Part shown: one piece after another, positions 10,101-18,813 of the stretch
Position numbering within the stretch: the first letter of the stretch is position 1
Layout of the letters: each line of letters opens with the position of its first letter
Assembly (NCBI GenBank): GCA_036654655.1
Contig: JAVVRP010000003.1
Span: 30,284-94,283 of the forward strand
DNA: 64,000 bases
Direction: 5' to 3'
DNA from: Clostridia bacterium
Lineage (GTDB): Bacteria > Bacillota > Clostridia > Christensenellales > UBA1242
The notes under the pieces: generated by a model
Seen by the model: only the letters and a program-made list of their open reading frames with translations
What the model was told of the DNA's origin: nothing
Database searches by the model: none
Translations under genes and position numbers: made by a program

Positions 10101-13100
10101 TGTTTCTGAAAGCCAAGTTTTAACAGTTCCCAGTGCAACTTCCATAGTTGGTGTTGAAAAAACAAATTATTTTATAACAACAGAGCAATCGTTAGAGGGC
10201 AGAGGATTGGACATTTCTTCTTGCGAAAATTTGCTTAACATTCAATTTAAATTTATTGCAGTTAAAAACATATCAGGAAGCAATTTTTATCTTTCCAGCA
10301 AATTTGAAACTTTTAAATTTGAACGTATTGAAACAATGCTTGCGCCAACCTTTAATTTAAAAAAACTTAATTGGGTGGCGGTAAGTGATTGTGATATGTT
10401 CACACTTAACTTTATGCAAAATTCTGTTCAAAAATCTACAACTGTTGGATCTTCTGTTTTGTTTTTTGATTTTTATGGGGAAAACACAAAATCAGTTATG
10501 GAAACAATTATGGATAATTTTGCAGAAGGCAATGTTCAAATCTCAATTAAGCCAATAAGGTCATCATTTACAGCAAATTTTGGACAAATAAACAGGCTTT
10601 CAGCAAAAAACTTTTCACAAAATGCCATGCTTACAAAACTTGCAATTCCAACAATAACCTCAATAAATGCTGATAACACAGACCTTCAAAAACTTATAAC
10701 AATTAATTGGAGTTATTTGGGCACGGGGACAGCACAGCCCTCGGAATATGAAGTTTATATTGATGGCAATGCTCCAAGAATAACCACGCAAAAAAACTTA
10801 TTAGAGGAGTCATTTTTTCAAACAGCAGGAAATCACAGCGTTTGTGTTAAAGCAATTGGTGACGCAAATGCAAATGTGTTTAATTCTGCAAAAAGCGAAA
10901 GTGTGAATATTGTCCGACTGTTTGTTCCAACCGCACTTACAATTAATAAAGACGCAACTTTTTCTTTTTCTAGCCAAACGGCCGCTAGGTTTATTGTAAC
11001 ATACAATTATTCAACAGGAGCCACTCAAACATTATCCACATTGGCATCTCCTTTTGACATGTCAAATTATTTTGTAAACGCGGGTGATGCTTTTGTTAAA
11101 GTAAGAGCAATAGGAAACGGAACAACAACGCTTTCAAGTGATGATTCTGCAACTATGAGCGTAAAAGTTTTGGCAAGCCCAGAAATATTGTTTGACGGCA
11201 CAAAACTTAAAATTAAAGACGTTTGGGAAGACAATGCAAACGTTATGTTAAGTGACTTTAATTTAGATGGTTCAAATTGGATTAAACTTAGAGACAACAC
11301 AAAATTATCCAAAATTAACCAAAATTATGAATATGTGTTCCCACAAGATTTAAAATCTGGGGATGTAAAGTTTGAAGCAATTGCTGTTCCCAAATTGGCA
11401 AATGGAGTTGTTAAAAGCCAGTCATTTAAAAAACAAGCAATAAAACTTGTTGCGCCAACAGGGCTTAATTTTGTTAAAACAAACAAAGTAATTTATTTTA
11501 AGGGTGATATTGTTTCAAACGCTTTGGGATATGGAGCAGTTGTTGGTAGCCAATATTTTACGGAATGTATAATTGGGGCAACAGATTTTTCATTTTCAAC
11601 GCAAGGAGTTTTGAGTGCACTTATTCCAGCCGGAAATTTTAATATTTCTGCCATAGCACTTGGCGGTGAAAAAAATGGTGAATTTTATATTAATTCAAAT
11701 GTATCAACTGAAATGCTTAGAGCAACAAAACTTTCCACAGTGACAAATTTTGCAATAAATAATGGCGTTTTGTCTTGGTCCTCAATAAGCGGTGCGGTTT
11801 CTTATTGTTTAAAGATTGACGCAACAGAGCGAGTGATAACAACGTTAAGTGACCCACTTGACGGAATAGAAAAAGGACAACACACACTTAACATAAGTGC
11901 AGTTGGAAATATCACAAGCACACCAATAAGTTTGGGCGATATATTTTTGGATGGCAATGAACTTTCACAGCCAATAACTGCATTTAAACTTAACACACCA
12001 ACAGCAGTTGTTCAAAATGGTTTTTTAACAATAAATGAGGACAATAAAACTGCCCTCAGCGCTTCGTTAGTTTTTGGAGATAATTTAACATATCTTGCAA
12101 AAATGGGGACAAAAACTTTTGAACTTAATTTAAGCAACAAGTGGTCGGGTGAAAAAGATTTAAAACAATTTATTCCAAACGAAATTTATCAAATAAATGA
12201 AGAAACGTTAATGACATTAAGTGTTCAGGTAAAAAGTAGTGTAAATAACATTATATATTCCAACTTTTGTGCTGAGTTATCAATGAAAATTTTGGCAAAT
12301 CCAAACATAAATGCTTCTGACGTTCATGGCGTGTTGTTTACCAATAATTCTTTTGAAGAAAATTATGACCTTTCAAAAACTTTTGTGGAATGGAAACAAT
12401 CAAGCAAAACATATGGATATAGGCTTCTTTTTGGTCAAGGAACAAATTATATGACTTCAACAGTTGGCAACCAAAACAATGTGATGTTGCCAAATCATCC
12501 CGGAGTAATTAATTTTACACCCGGAGATATTAATTTTAGGGTTTGTGCACAGGGCGGAAACAGTTTGGAAACTGGCGGGTTTTATTACATTAACTCAAAA
12601 TACTCGCCAGAAATAGCCTTAAAAAAGTTGGACACAACCACAATGAAAATTGAAAATGGAAGATTTTGCTGGAACGCTGTTGCTGGCGCCAGCGGTTACT
12701 ATGTATACTCGTCAACCAACAAAATTGATTGGAGTTTTATTGGTAACAAAATGCAAACGCAAACATCCATTGAAATTCCAAGTTCTAGCACAGTTCAAAA
12801 GTTATATTTTTCTGTGATGGCAGTTTCAACAAATCCCAACACGCTTCCGGGTTACAATTTTGGATTTATGGGGCCCGATGGAAAAAACTTTGCAGAAATA
12901 ATTTTGCCAACAAGTCCAAGAGTTTTGGATTTGATTAACGGTTCGCTTGTGTGGAGTGGCATTGATGCTGATATGTTAACTCTTACCAATGGTGGCGCGG
13001 TTGGTTCGCCTTTTTATCACACGCTTGCAAATGTTGCAACGCAAAATTTAAAACTATCTTTTTCTGCAAATGGATTGGAACAAAACTTGTCTAGGCTTGG

Positions 13101-16100
13101 GTGTTTGTTTTTGGATCTTTCGGATCAAATTAAAATAGTTGTTGAACAAAGCACTTCTTTAAAGTGTCCAAAAATTAATGGCTGGCCAACAACTAACATT
13201 TTGTTTGACCAATTTGCAAATAGCGTTAACGCAGGTGAATACACATTAAAATTAAGCCAAATTGGAAATAGTTCCAATCAACTTAATTCTTCACAAAATA
13301 TTGGCAAAACAGTGTATGTTCCACATGCACCTGTAATTGAAGCAATATATGACACTGCCAGCGATACTCACTTTTTGCAGTGGTCAAAAGTTGATATTCC
13401 AACAAAGTTTGCATATAACAGGGCGTCTTTGGGCGGATTAATATCTGCAAATCAATGGAACACACAATACATTTTGTTAAGTGATGTTTCAAGCACCGCA
13501 GGAACAACACAAACACAGGTCCCCGTTGATGCAAAATATATAAGTTTTGTTGACACAATAAATAAAACTCAGTTAAGGCTTAATTTAACATCCATGGTTG
13601 AAGATGGAATAATAACCCCCGACCACAAAAATGTTTATTTAGTTGTGGCAGGAGATAGCCAAAATGTTTTAAATGGAAAAACCAGCAATATTATTGAAAC
13701 AAATATTTTGCCAGTTGTTGCAAATCTTAAAATGAATAAAGGTTTGTTTACTTTTGAAAGTTTGCCATCGGCAAGTGGAGTTGAAATAAAATACTTAATC
13801 GTGGGTGCACAAACGTCTTTAACAGAAAATGAAATTTCGGGAGTTGTTTTTGTTGCCAATTCAAAACCAAATTCTTGGGCTTGCCAACAACTTAAACAAG
13901 GACGCCAATATACATTTACAATACGCGCAATAGGTACAAAATTAGCAACCGGAAACAGCATAACAATTTCAGGAAAAACAACCAATGCAGGAAAAATTGA
14001 AAAGTTATTGACTCCAACAGTCCTTGTAACGGACGGAGTGTTTAACTGGCAAGAAGTTGCAAATGCCAGTGGATATCAGTACATAAGTTCATTAACGGCA
14101 GGTGGCGAAAAAACAAAGCCATCAAGTGATTTTATAACAAATAACAAATTAACATGGACGTTTGAAGGCGATGCAAAAGGATTAAAGTTTTTTGAATTTA
14201 TGTGCAATGGAGATGAACTTAAAGAAATGGGGGAACTAGCGGTTGGCTATGCAAATTCACAATTTACAAGCGTGTCGGCAGATGGCGAGTTTAAAATGAG
14301 CGAAACAACTGCAAAAGTACAAAATGGAACAATTGTTTGGGATGCAAATATAAAAAGAGACGGTGGGCCAGCAAGTAATTTTAAACTTACGTTTAAACCT
14401 ATTTCAAATCCGGGGGCAAGCAATGTTGTGTTCACAACAACAAATTCATGCGATTGTTCAACTCTTATTCCCGGAAAATATTCAGTTGTTGTGCAGGCAT
14501 ATGTTCAAGGAGTTCAAACATCAGCAATCACATTAATTTCTGTTGAGAGCAAATCCATATTAGTGGACGTTTTGCCAAGCCCAGAAAATATTATTGTTGG
14601 AAATGGAGAAATAAGTTGGAGGGGAAATCAGCAAAACTGCTTTGAACTTGTTTTAACTCCAAATGTTGGGTCGCAGGTTATTTTGTTTAGCAAAAACAAA
14701 GGAAACGTTAACAGTGATTTTACATTTGCACAAGGGGTTTGGACATACAGTGGGATAATTGATCCAACATCACAAAATGCAAAATTATTTACGCTTAAAA
14801 TACGTGCTGTAAGTGAAAGTGACATTGATAATAAAATAAACTCAAAATACACAAATTACGCATCATCAATTTCACAAATAAAAAGCGTGGGACAAACATT
14901 TGTGAAAAATGAACCGGTAGCAAACAAATATGATACAAAAATTTTGTGGAACTATGTTTCAGACACGGCAGGAACAACTGTTCAGTTTGTGTTTGCATAC
15001 AAGGTTGGAGACTCCCCATGGAACAGCACAACAAATTTTGTTTCAGATGCAAATTCTCAATATTATATTTTGCTTAGTAGTTTGCAACTAACAATTTCTG
15101 ATCAGGTGCTATTGTACAAAATATGTGTTGTGCCAACCAGTTCTGCTCAAAATCTTTTACGCTCGGCATGGACACCAGAAGTTCCGCTAACAGCACCCGT
15201 TTGTGCCAGTGAAGTAAAATTCAACCAAGACCAAATGTTGGTTTGGAATTATGCAAACGTGGCTAATATTAATTTCATTGTAGAAGATAATTTGGTAAAT
15301 AATGAAGGCATAGTTTTAAACACAAAAACATATATTGTGCCTTGCACCGAAGGGATATATAATGAAACAACAAAATTAATGCAATATAGTTTTAGCCCTG
15401 AGATAATTGGCAAACATAAACTTAACATAAGAGTTGCACTTGCCAACGAAACAGGAGAATCAGAGCATCAACTGCTTTCAACAAAATCATATGTTATGAA
15501 TGATGAAAAAACTGTTGTTGAATATAATTTGTTCACAAGTGGAAGCGGGACAACAGCAGACCCATATTTGATTGAAACAGATATTCAGTTTTCAAACATT
15601 TTAAAAAGAATGAGTGCAGGGCTTCACTTAAACAAAGAAAATGGCGTTGGTTTTACTTTTAAAATTCAAAACTCACTTAATGTTAATGCTTTTGTTTCAA
15701 ACCTTTCTTTTAACGGAGTTTTGCTTGGAAACAACAAAACTATTACAGTAAATTTAATTCAAGGAACAAACGCCTTGTTTGAAGAAATTGGCATAAACGG
15801 AATTGTTAAGGATGCAACATTTGTTTTAGGAACAAAACAATCACAAATTAATTTTGCAGTGCTTTCTCACACAAACAACGGTTTAATTTCTAACTGCATT
15901 TTTGGAAACGATGGCAGTGTTGTTGATCTTGGAATAATTAAAAGTGACATACAATTTTATCGTTTTGCATTTGCTTCAACAAACAACAACGGAATTATTA
16001 CAGGATGCACAAATAAAAATTCTGTAACATTAACACAAAACAGAGGATCAATAATTGCAAACATTTTAATTGGAATGTTTTCTTCAATAAACAAAAAGAC

Positions 16101-16722
16101 AATAAAAGAATGTGGCAATTATGGAAATGTTACACTAAACAATTCAACATGTGTAACTTTTGGCGGAATTGTTGGAAGAAACGAAAAGGGAATAGTTTCG
16201 GAGTGCGTTTCAAGGGCAAATATAACGCTAACAGCAACTGGTTCAAAACTAAATGCAAATGCAGTTAATCTTGGTGGAATTGTTGGCATGAATGGCATGA
16301 ATGGATCGCAAGATATATTCAAGGTTTCAAACTGTATTGTGGAAGGGTTAATTAATGTTCCGGACCTACAACCATACGTTGTGAGAGTTGAAGATGATTG
16401 TGCAATCGGAGGACTTGTTGGAAAAACGTTTAGCAGTGATATTAACAATTCGTTTACACAAGTTAATTTTAATGCAACAAGTTATTATCCAGTTGTTGGA
16501 AATGTGTTTGCAAACACAGGGGACAACAAGCCAAATTATTATATTGGAGAATATAGCGCTGGTCATGGTGGTGGTGCAAAATTTAACACAACAAAAACAC
16601 AAGCATCAGATATTTCAAATTTAACAGTACAAATGAATCTACCTGTTAACTCTGGCAGGGATATTAATGTATTTAAATATGACACAATAAGAAAATTACT
16701 TCAATGTTTGTGGGAGATATAA
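7177..16722 (+). CDS. Giant surface lipoprotein: Big_2-like module + array of FN3-like modules + C-terminal GLUG-motif domain
   Basis: It is a single uninterrupted 9.5-kb ORF. ATG 7177 follows SD GAGGTG (the track starts at GTG 7171). The signal peptide with a lipobox-like LYAC reads MKKIKMLLAVVLMAFMPISLYAC. There are at least 15 modules of about 90 aa with W-x(8-14)-Y signatures. From nt 15541 onward the sequence reads DPYLIETDIQF followed by GGIVG/GGLVG GLUG repeats. Confidence 0.85.
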   Translation: MKKIKMLLAVVLMAFMPISLYACVQNRDVNFNTVQLTISTGEFVDLAPYVENGIENIVFKSMNQNIVFITPQNQLAGRNEGSTFVEARCGENKAFLTVVVESPKVKFLKPSMPKFDAETNKITWPEVFAKAEQEIQIANSYEVSLITAKDTSIQTVLTNFYVIEGSGAFSVKVRAIGAGKYLTSEWSDTFNFSKSKAPTLLAYNDDTSTLSWNGEIGENGKYVVEVNNIKTETKQNFVVLNLNEPILYNITVVAYHSAEQNVKPAKSEILTLKRLTAPKLKIENGAIVWDNNQIGTSGFKLFFTKDTITTEVNFDASVNSTNMKGFAPGQYTAQITSSGSIGYLASKNISRLEGIEKLAKPVLTYDGNIQTGMQIKVVLTIKNANGSVNIVSTSTGTYQWVEHMAGTYEIVGESVGDGTKISSDPSEKITIIQLYKPSGITHTHNENGESVISYSQIQHASVYEIKCLTETWTSPQISQNLGSTNVVFKEAKVYEIFVTAKGVSAGSTYILPATERIVIRRLANIENLNLTASGVASWTANSYSADGYLIELYKDGGFVSSQTVFSASNSFNFEYGAYEIKVKAKGNNSNLIESLDFVSTNVEVFQKLESPSINFDRNTQILTINPSQLATSFSFVAKMSGVSVYTQEITAIPTAFSVPLSAYLQIQGSYQLEIIAKNSNRFLLNSNEVVVKVVKLNAPTSVTITQDERLEVATYVNEGLNDATPVITTINNIESSTLAQSDSIFEIKVFHKAKTTKHNDVYYLDSKISTFSLSRVQTPESPTFSNQTFKWQEAQSNFVNLITVSQNLYSKTFEIVGSTQQAEEFLLNLDGINKYEQFSVIIKHKIKTLTVNAGQSGVVSSLSSSPLSTVAKLYLPGNVIVVENGLRGKITWNAVQFATSYNVFIYRIDGGMPVLIKNSASQTITDNTTETFYEYDFADIATFKVQICAISQVLIYSDKTSEINVTRLDSPKTVDVSESQVLTVPSATSIVGVEKTNYFITTEQSLEGRGLDISSCENLLNIQFKFIAVKNISGSNFYLSSKFETFKFERIETMLAPTFNLKKLNWVAVSDCDMFTLNFMQNSVQKSTTVGSSVLFFDFYGENTKSVMETIMDNFAEGNVQISIKPIRSSFTANFGQINRLSAKNFSQNAMLTKLAIPTITSINADNTDLQKLITINWSYLGTGTAQPSEYEVYIDGNAPRITTQKNLLEESFFQTAGNHSVCVKAIGDANANVFNSAKSESVNIVRLFVPTALTINKDATFSFSSQTAARFIVTYNYSTGATQTLSTLASPFDMSNYFVNAGDAFVKVRAIGNGTTTLSSDDSATMSVKVLASPEILFDGTKLKIKDVWEDNANVMLSDFNLDGSNWIKLRDNTKLSKINQNYEYVFPQDLKSGDVKFEAIAVPKLANGVVKSQSFKKQAIKLVAPTGLNFVKTNKVIYFKGDIVSNALGYGAVVGSQYFTECIIGATDFSFSTQGVLSALIPAGNFNISAIALGGEKNGEFYINSNVSTEMLRATKLSTVTNFAINNGVLSWSSISGAVSYCLKIDATERVITTLSDPLDGIEKGQHTLNISAVGNITSTPISLGDIFLDGNELSQPITAFKLNTPTAVVQNGFLTINEDNKTALSASLVFGDNLTYLAKMGTKTFELNLSNKWSGEKDLKQFIPNEIYQINEETLMTLSVQVKSSVNNIIYSNFCAELSMKILANPNINASDVHGVLFTNNSFEENYDLSKTFVEWKQSSKTYGYRLLFGQGTNYMTSTVGNQNNVMLPNHPGVINFTPGDINFRVCAQGGNSLETGGFYYINSKYSPEIALKKLDTTTMKIENGRFCWNAVAGASGYYVYSSTNKIDWSFIGNKMQTQTSIEIPSSSTVQKLYFSVMAVSTNPNTLPGYNFGFMGPDGKNFAEIILPTSPRVLDLINGSLVWSGIDADMLTLTNGGAVGSPFYHTLANVATQNLKLSFSANGLEQNLSRLGCLFLDLSDQIKIVVEQSTSLKCPKINGWPTTNILFDQFANSVNAGEYTLKLSQIGNSSNQLNSSQNIGKTVYVPHAPVIEAIYDTASDTHFLQWSKVDIPTKFAYNRASLGGLISANQWNTQYILLSDVSSTAGTTQTQVPVDAKYISFVDTINKTQLRLNLTSMVEDGIITPDHKNVYLVVAGDSQNVLNGKTSNIIETNILPVVANLKMNKGLFTFESLPSASGVEIKYLIVGAQTSLTENEISGVVFVANSKPNSWACQQLKQGRQYTFTIRAIGTKLATGNSITISGKTTNAGKIEKLLTPTVLVTDGVFNWQEVANASGYQYISSLTAGGEKTKPSSDFITNNKLTWTFEGDAKGLKFFEFMCNGDELKEMGELAVGYANSQFTSVSADGEFKMSETTAKVQNGTIVWDANIKRDGGPASNFKLTFKPISNPGASNVVFTTTNSCDCSTLIPGKYSVVVQAYVQGVQTSAITLISVESKSILVDVLPSPENIIVGNGEISWRGNQQNCFELVLTPNVGSQVILFSKNKGNVNSDFTFAQGVWTYSGIIDPTSQNAKLFTLKIRAVSESDIDNKINSKYTNYASSISQIKSVGQTFVKNEPVANKYDTKILWNYVSDTAGTTVQFVFAYKVGDSPWNSTTNFVSDANSQYYILLSSLQLTISDQVLLYKICVVPTSSAQNLLRSAWTPEVPLTAPVCASEVKFNQDQMLVWNYANVANINFIVEDNLVNNEGIVLNTKTYIVPCTEGIYNETTKLMQYSFSPEIIGKHKLNIRVALANETGESEHQLLSTKSYVMNDEKTVVEYNLFTSGSGTTADPYLIETDIQFSNILKRMSAGLHLNKENGVGFTFKIQNSLNVNAFVSNLSFNGVLLGNNKTITVNLIQGTNALFEEIGINGIVKDATFVLGTKQSQINFAVLSHTNNGLISNCIFGNDGSVVDLGIIKSDIQFYRFAFASTNNNGIITGCTNKNSVTLTQNRGSIIANILIGMFSSINKKTIKECGNYGNVTLNNSTCVTFGGIVGRNEKGIVSECVSRANITLTATGSKLNANAVNLGGIVGMNGMNGSQDIFKVSNCIVEGLINVPDLQPYVVRVEDDCAIGGLVGKTFSSDINNSFTQVNFNATSYYPVVGNVFANTGDNKPNYYIGEYSAGHGGGAKFNTTKTQASDISNLTVQMNLPVNSGRDINVFKYDTIRKLLQCLWEI

Positions 16723-16724
16723 AA

Positions 16725-17573
16725 ATGAAATATTTTAAACCAGTAATTATTATCTTTGCATTGCTAACCATTTGTTTAAATTTTAATTTGCAAAAAGTTT
16801 TTTGTTTGGAAAATCAAAATAATCAAACAAAAATTGTTGCAACATTTGAACAAAATGTTGTGGCAAGTGGTTCAAAAATTGTGTTTTCAAAAACGCTGGG
16901 AGAAATAACAACAATAGCAACTTTAACGCTAAAACTTAACAATTATTTAAATGAATCCATTGTTGCAGATGTAACATGGTTTTACAGAAAAACCATTTCA
17001 ACAAGTTTTGAAAGTAAAATTGTTAAAAGTAACATAGTTTTTAATTTTGAGCCAACTTATGGAATTGGAGAATATGAGTTTGTTGCAACTTATCAAAATA
17101 ATGAAACAACTGTGTACTCAAATTCATTTTTAATTGAGTTTGTAACATCAAGTGCTTCAATTGTGCCAGAAGGAAATAACTTAAAAATAGAAGGTCCTCA
17201 TCATGTTCAAAACGTTTCAAACACATCAAATTCAAAGTTGCCAGTGCTTTATTTTGAAGCAAAAGGCGTGCCCAAGGAATTTTTAAATGGTGTTGTTTGG
17301 TTTGTAAAAGTTGATGGCGGAGAAGAAAAAAAGCAAGGCAATGGTGGAGAGTTTTTCTTTAATCCAATAGAAACGGGAGTATATTTTGTTAGGGCAAGCA
17401 TTAATATTGGCGGAAGTGAGCAATCAACTTTAACAAGCAATAATATAAGAGTAAATGTAACAGTTGATAACACAAAATACATAATTATTGGCAGTTCTGT
17501 TGTTTTTGTTGTGCTTTTATTGTCACTTATCATAAGCATTGTTATGTCAATAAAAAAAGAAAAAATTTGGTAA
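16725..17573 (+). CDS. Tail-anchored Ig-like surface protein, translationally coupled to the giant gene
   Basis: ATG 16725 lies 2 nt after the giant gene's TAA, and SD GGGAGA sits in the giant gene's last codons. The product has a signal peptide, two Ig/PKD-like segments (GEYEFVATYQN, GVYFVRASINIGG) and a C-terminal TM with a basic tail (SIKKEKIW). Confidence 0.6.
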   Translation: MKYFKPVIIIFALLTICLNFNLQKVFCLENQNNQTKIVATFEQNVVASGSKIVFSKTLGEITTIATLTLKLNNYLNESIVADVTWFYRKTISTSFESKIVKSNIVFNFEPTYGIGEYEFVATYQNNETTVYSNSFLIEFVTSSASIVPEGNNLKIEGPHHVQNVSNTSNSKLPVLYFEAKGVPKEFLNGVVWFVKVDGGEEKKQGNGGEFFFNPIETGVYFVRASINIGGSEQSTLTSNNIRVNVTVDNTKYIIIGSSVVFVVLLLSLIISIVMSIKKEKIW

Positions 17574-17772
17574 ATATCTTTTTGCCAGTTGCGTTGTTTT
17601 AATTATATTAAAATTGTGACAAAAAAAGTTTTAAGTTTAACTTGTGTTTTTTGTTTAAAGTGTGTATAATAAGAATATCATTAAAATTTAAAACAAAAAT
17701 AAGTTTATTGGCAACACAAAAATTAACATGCAACTTTTGTTGTACTATAAGTAAAATTAAAATAGGGGCTAT

Positions 17773-18705
17773 ATGAGTTTTAGAAATTCGTTCAAGTTGG
17801 TTTCCGCCAATTTTTTTGAATTTTGGAAAGTGCTACTTTTCAAAGTTATTGTTTTTGCCGTTGGAATTGGATTGTTGGCAATTTTTAGTTTTCCAATTGC
17901 AGAATGTTTTTCGTCTTTTTTTGATCAAGTGTTGTCTTTTGTAACGTCATTTGCAATCTTGCCAAATGTTGCATATTTGTTTAAATCAGCATTTTTGCTT
18001 ATGGGTGTGTTTTTTGATTCGGTTGTTGCAATGGCCGCATTGCACACAACAGCGTTTATTTTTGTTTTGGGGGTGGTGTGTATTGTAATTCCATTTCTAA
18101 ACAATTTGCTGATTCCAGCGCTTGGAGAAAATATTTATGGATATATGTCCAGCCTTTCTAGATTTAGCCTGACAGGAAGTTTGATAAAAAAACTTGGCAA
18201 AAATTCTGCTTTTGCAATTGTAAAAACGTTTGTAGACCTTGTGATAAATGGCCTGATTATTGTTGGGGTGTATTTTATTGTGTCAATTGCAAGCAAGGGC
18301 GGGGCAATTATGTTTACTGTTCCCATTTTACTGTTTTTATTTTTGGTTATTTCAATTTCACTTAAATCCATGTTAATAATAGGTTGGATGCCTTCTTTGG
18401 TGGCTGAAAATAAAAATGCATTTATTGCTTTTGGCCATGGAATAAAAACAACATTTAAAAACTTTTTTAAAAATTTATCAAACATTTTGGTTTTAAATTT
18501 TATCAGTTTGTTGGTTATTATGTTTGTTGGATTTTATGGAATTCCAATTCTTTGCCCATTTTTTACTTTTGTTTTAGTTGTTTTTCAAATGGTTATGTTT
18601 TTTACTGCACATGGCATGAGATATTATATAGATTTAGACACAATAATAACTCCTGCAAAATTAGAAAAACAAGATGGGTTTAAAAAAACAAAAAATATCT
18701 TATAA
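17773..18705 (+). CDS. Polytopic membrane protein, unknown function
   Basis: The 310-aa product has about 6-7 hydrophobic helices. An SD AGGGG and an upstream extended -10 (TGTGTATAAT near 17664) are present. Confidence 0.5.
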   Translation: MSFRNSFKLVSANFFEFWKVLLFKVIVFAVGIGLLAIFSFPIAECFSSFFDQVLSFVTSFAILPNVAYLFKSAFLLMGVFFDSVVAMAALHTTAFIFVLGVVCIVIPFLNNLLIPALGENIYGYMSSLSRFSLTGSLIKKLGKNSAFAIVKTFVDLVINGLIIVGVYFIVSIASKGGAIMFTVPILLFLFLVISISLKSMLIIGWMPSLVAENKNAFIAFGHGIKTTFKNFFKNLSNILVLNFISLLVIMFVGFYGIPILCPFFTFVLVVFQMVMFFTAHGMRYYIDLDTIITPAKLEKQDGFKKTKNIL

Positions 18706-18813
18706 AAAATTATATATAAAAACTATTGCACGCATATTAAGTAATTTAAACGCAAGCGTTGGAATATTGGCTGACGACCTATTCGTCATTATCTAAAAGG
18801 AGATAAATTTATT

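Noticed and set aside
7656-16602. Numerous 60-116-aa antisense or off-frame ORFs inside the giant surface-protein gene (e.g. 13635..13985 -, 16119..16448 -, 16388..16624 +).
   Set aside because: All are fully embedded in a 9.5-kb ORF with clear modular protein signatures. They lack SDs and have low-complexity or odd composition. They are the expected by-product of a long AT-rich ORF.
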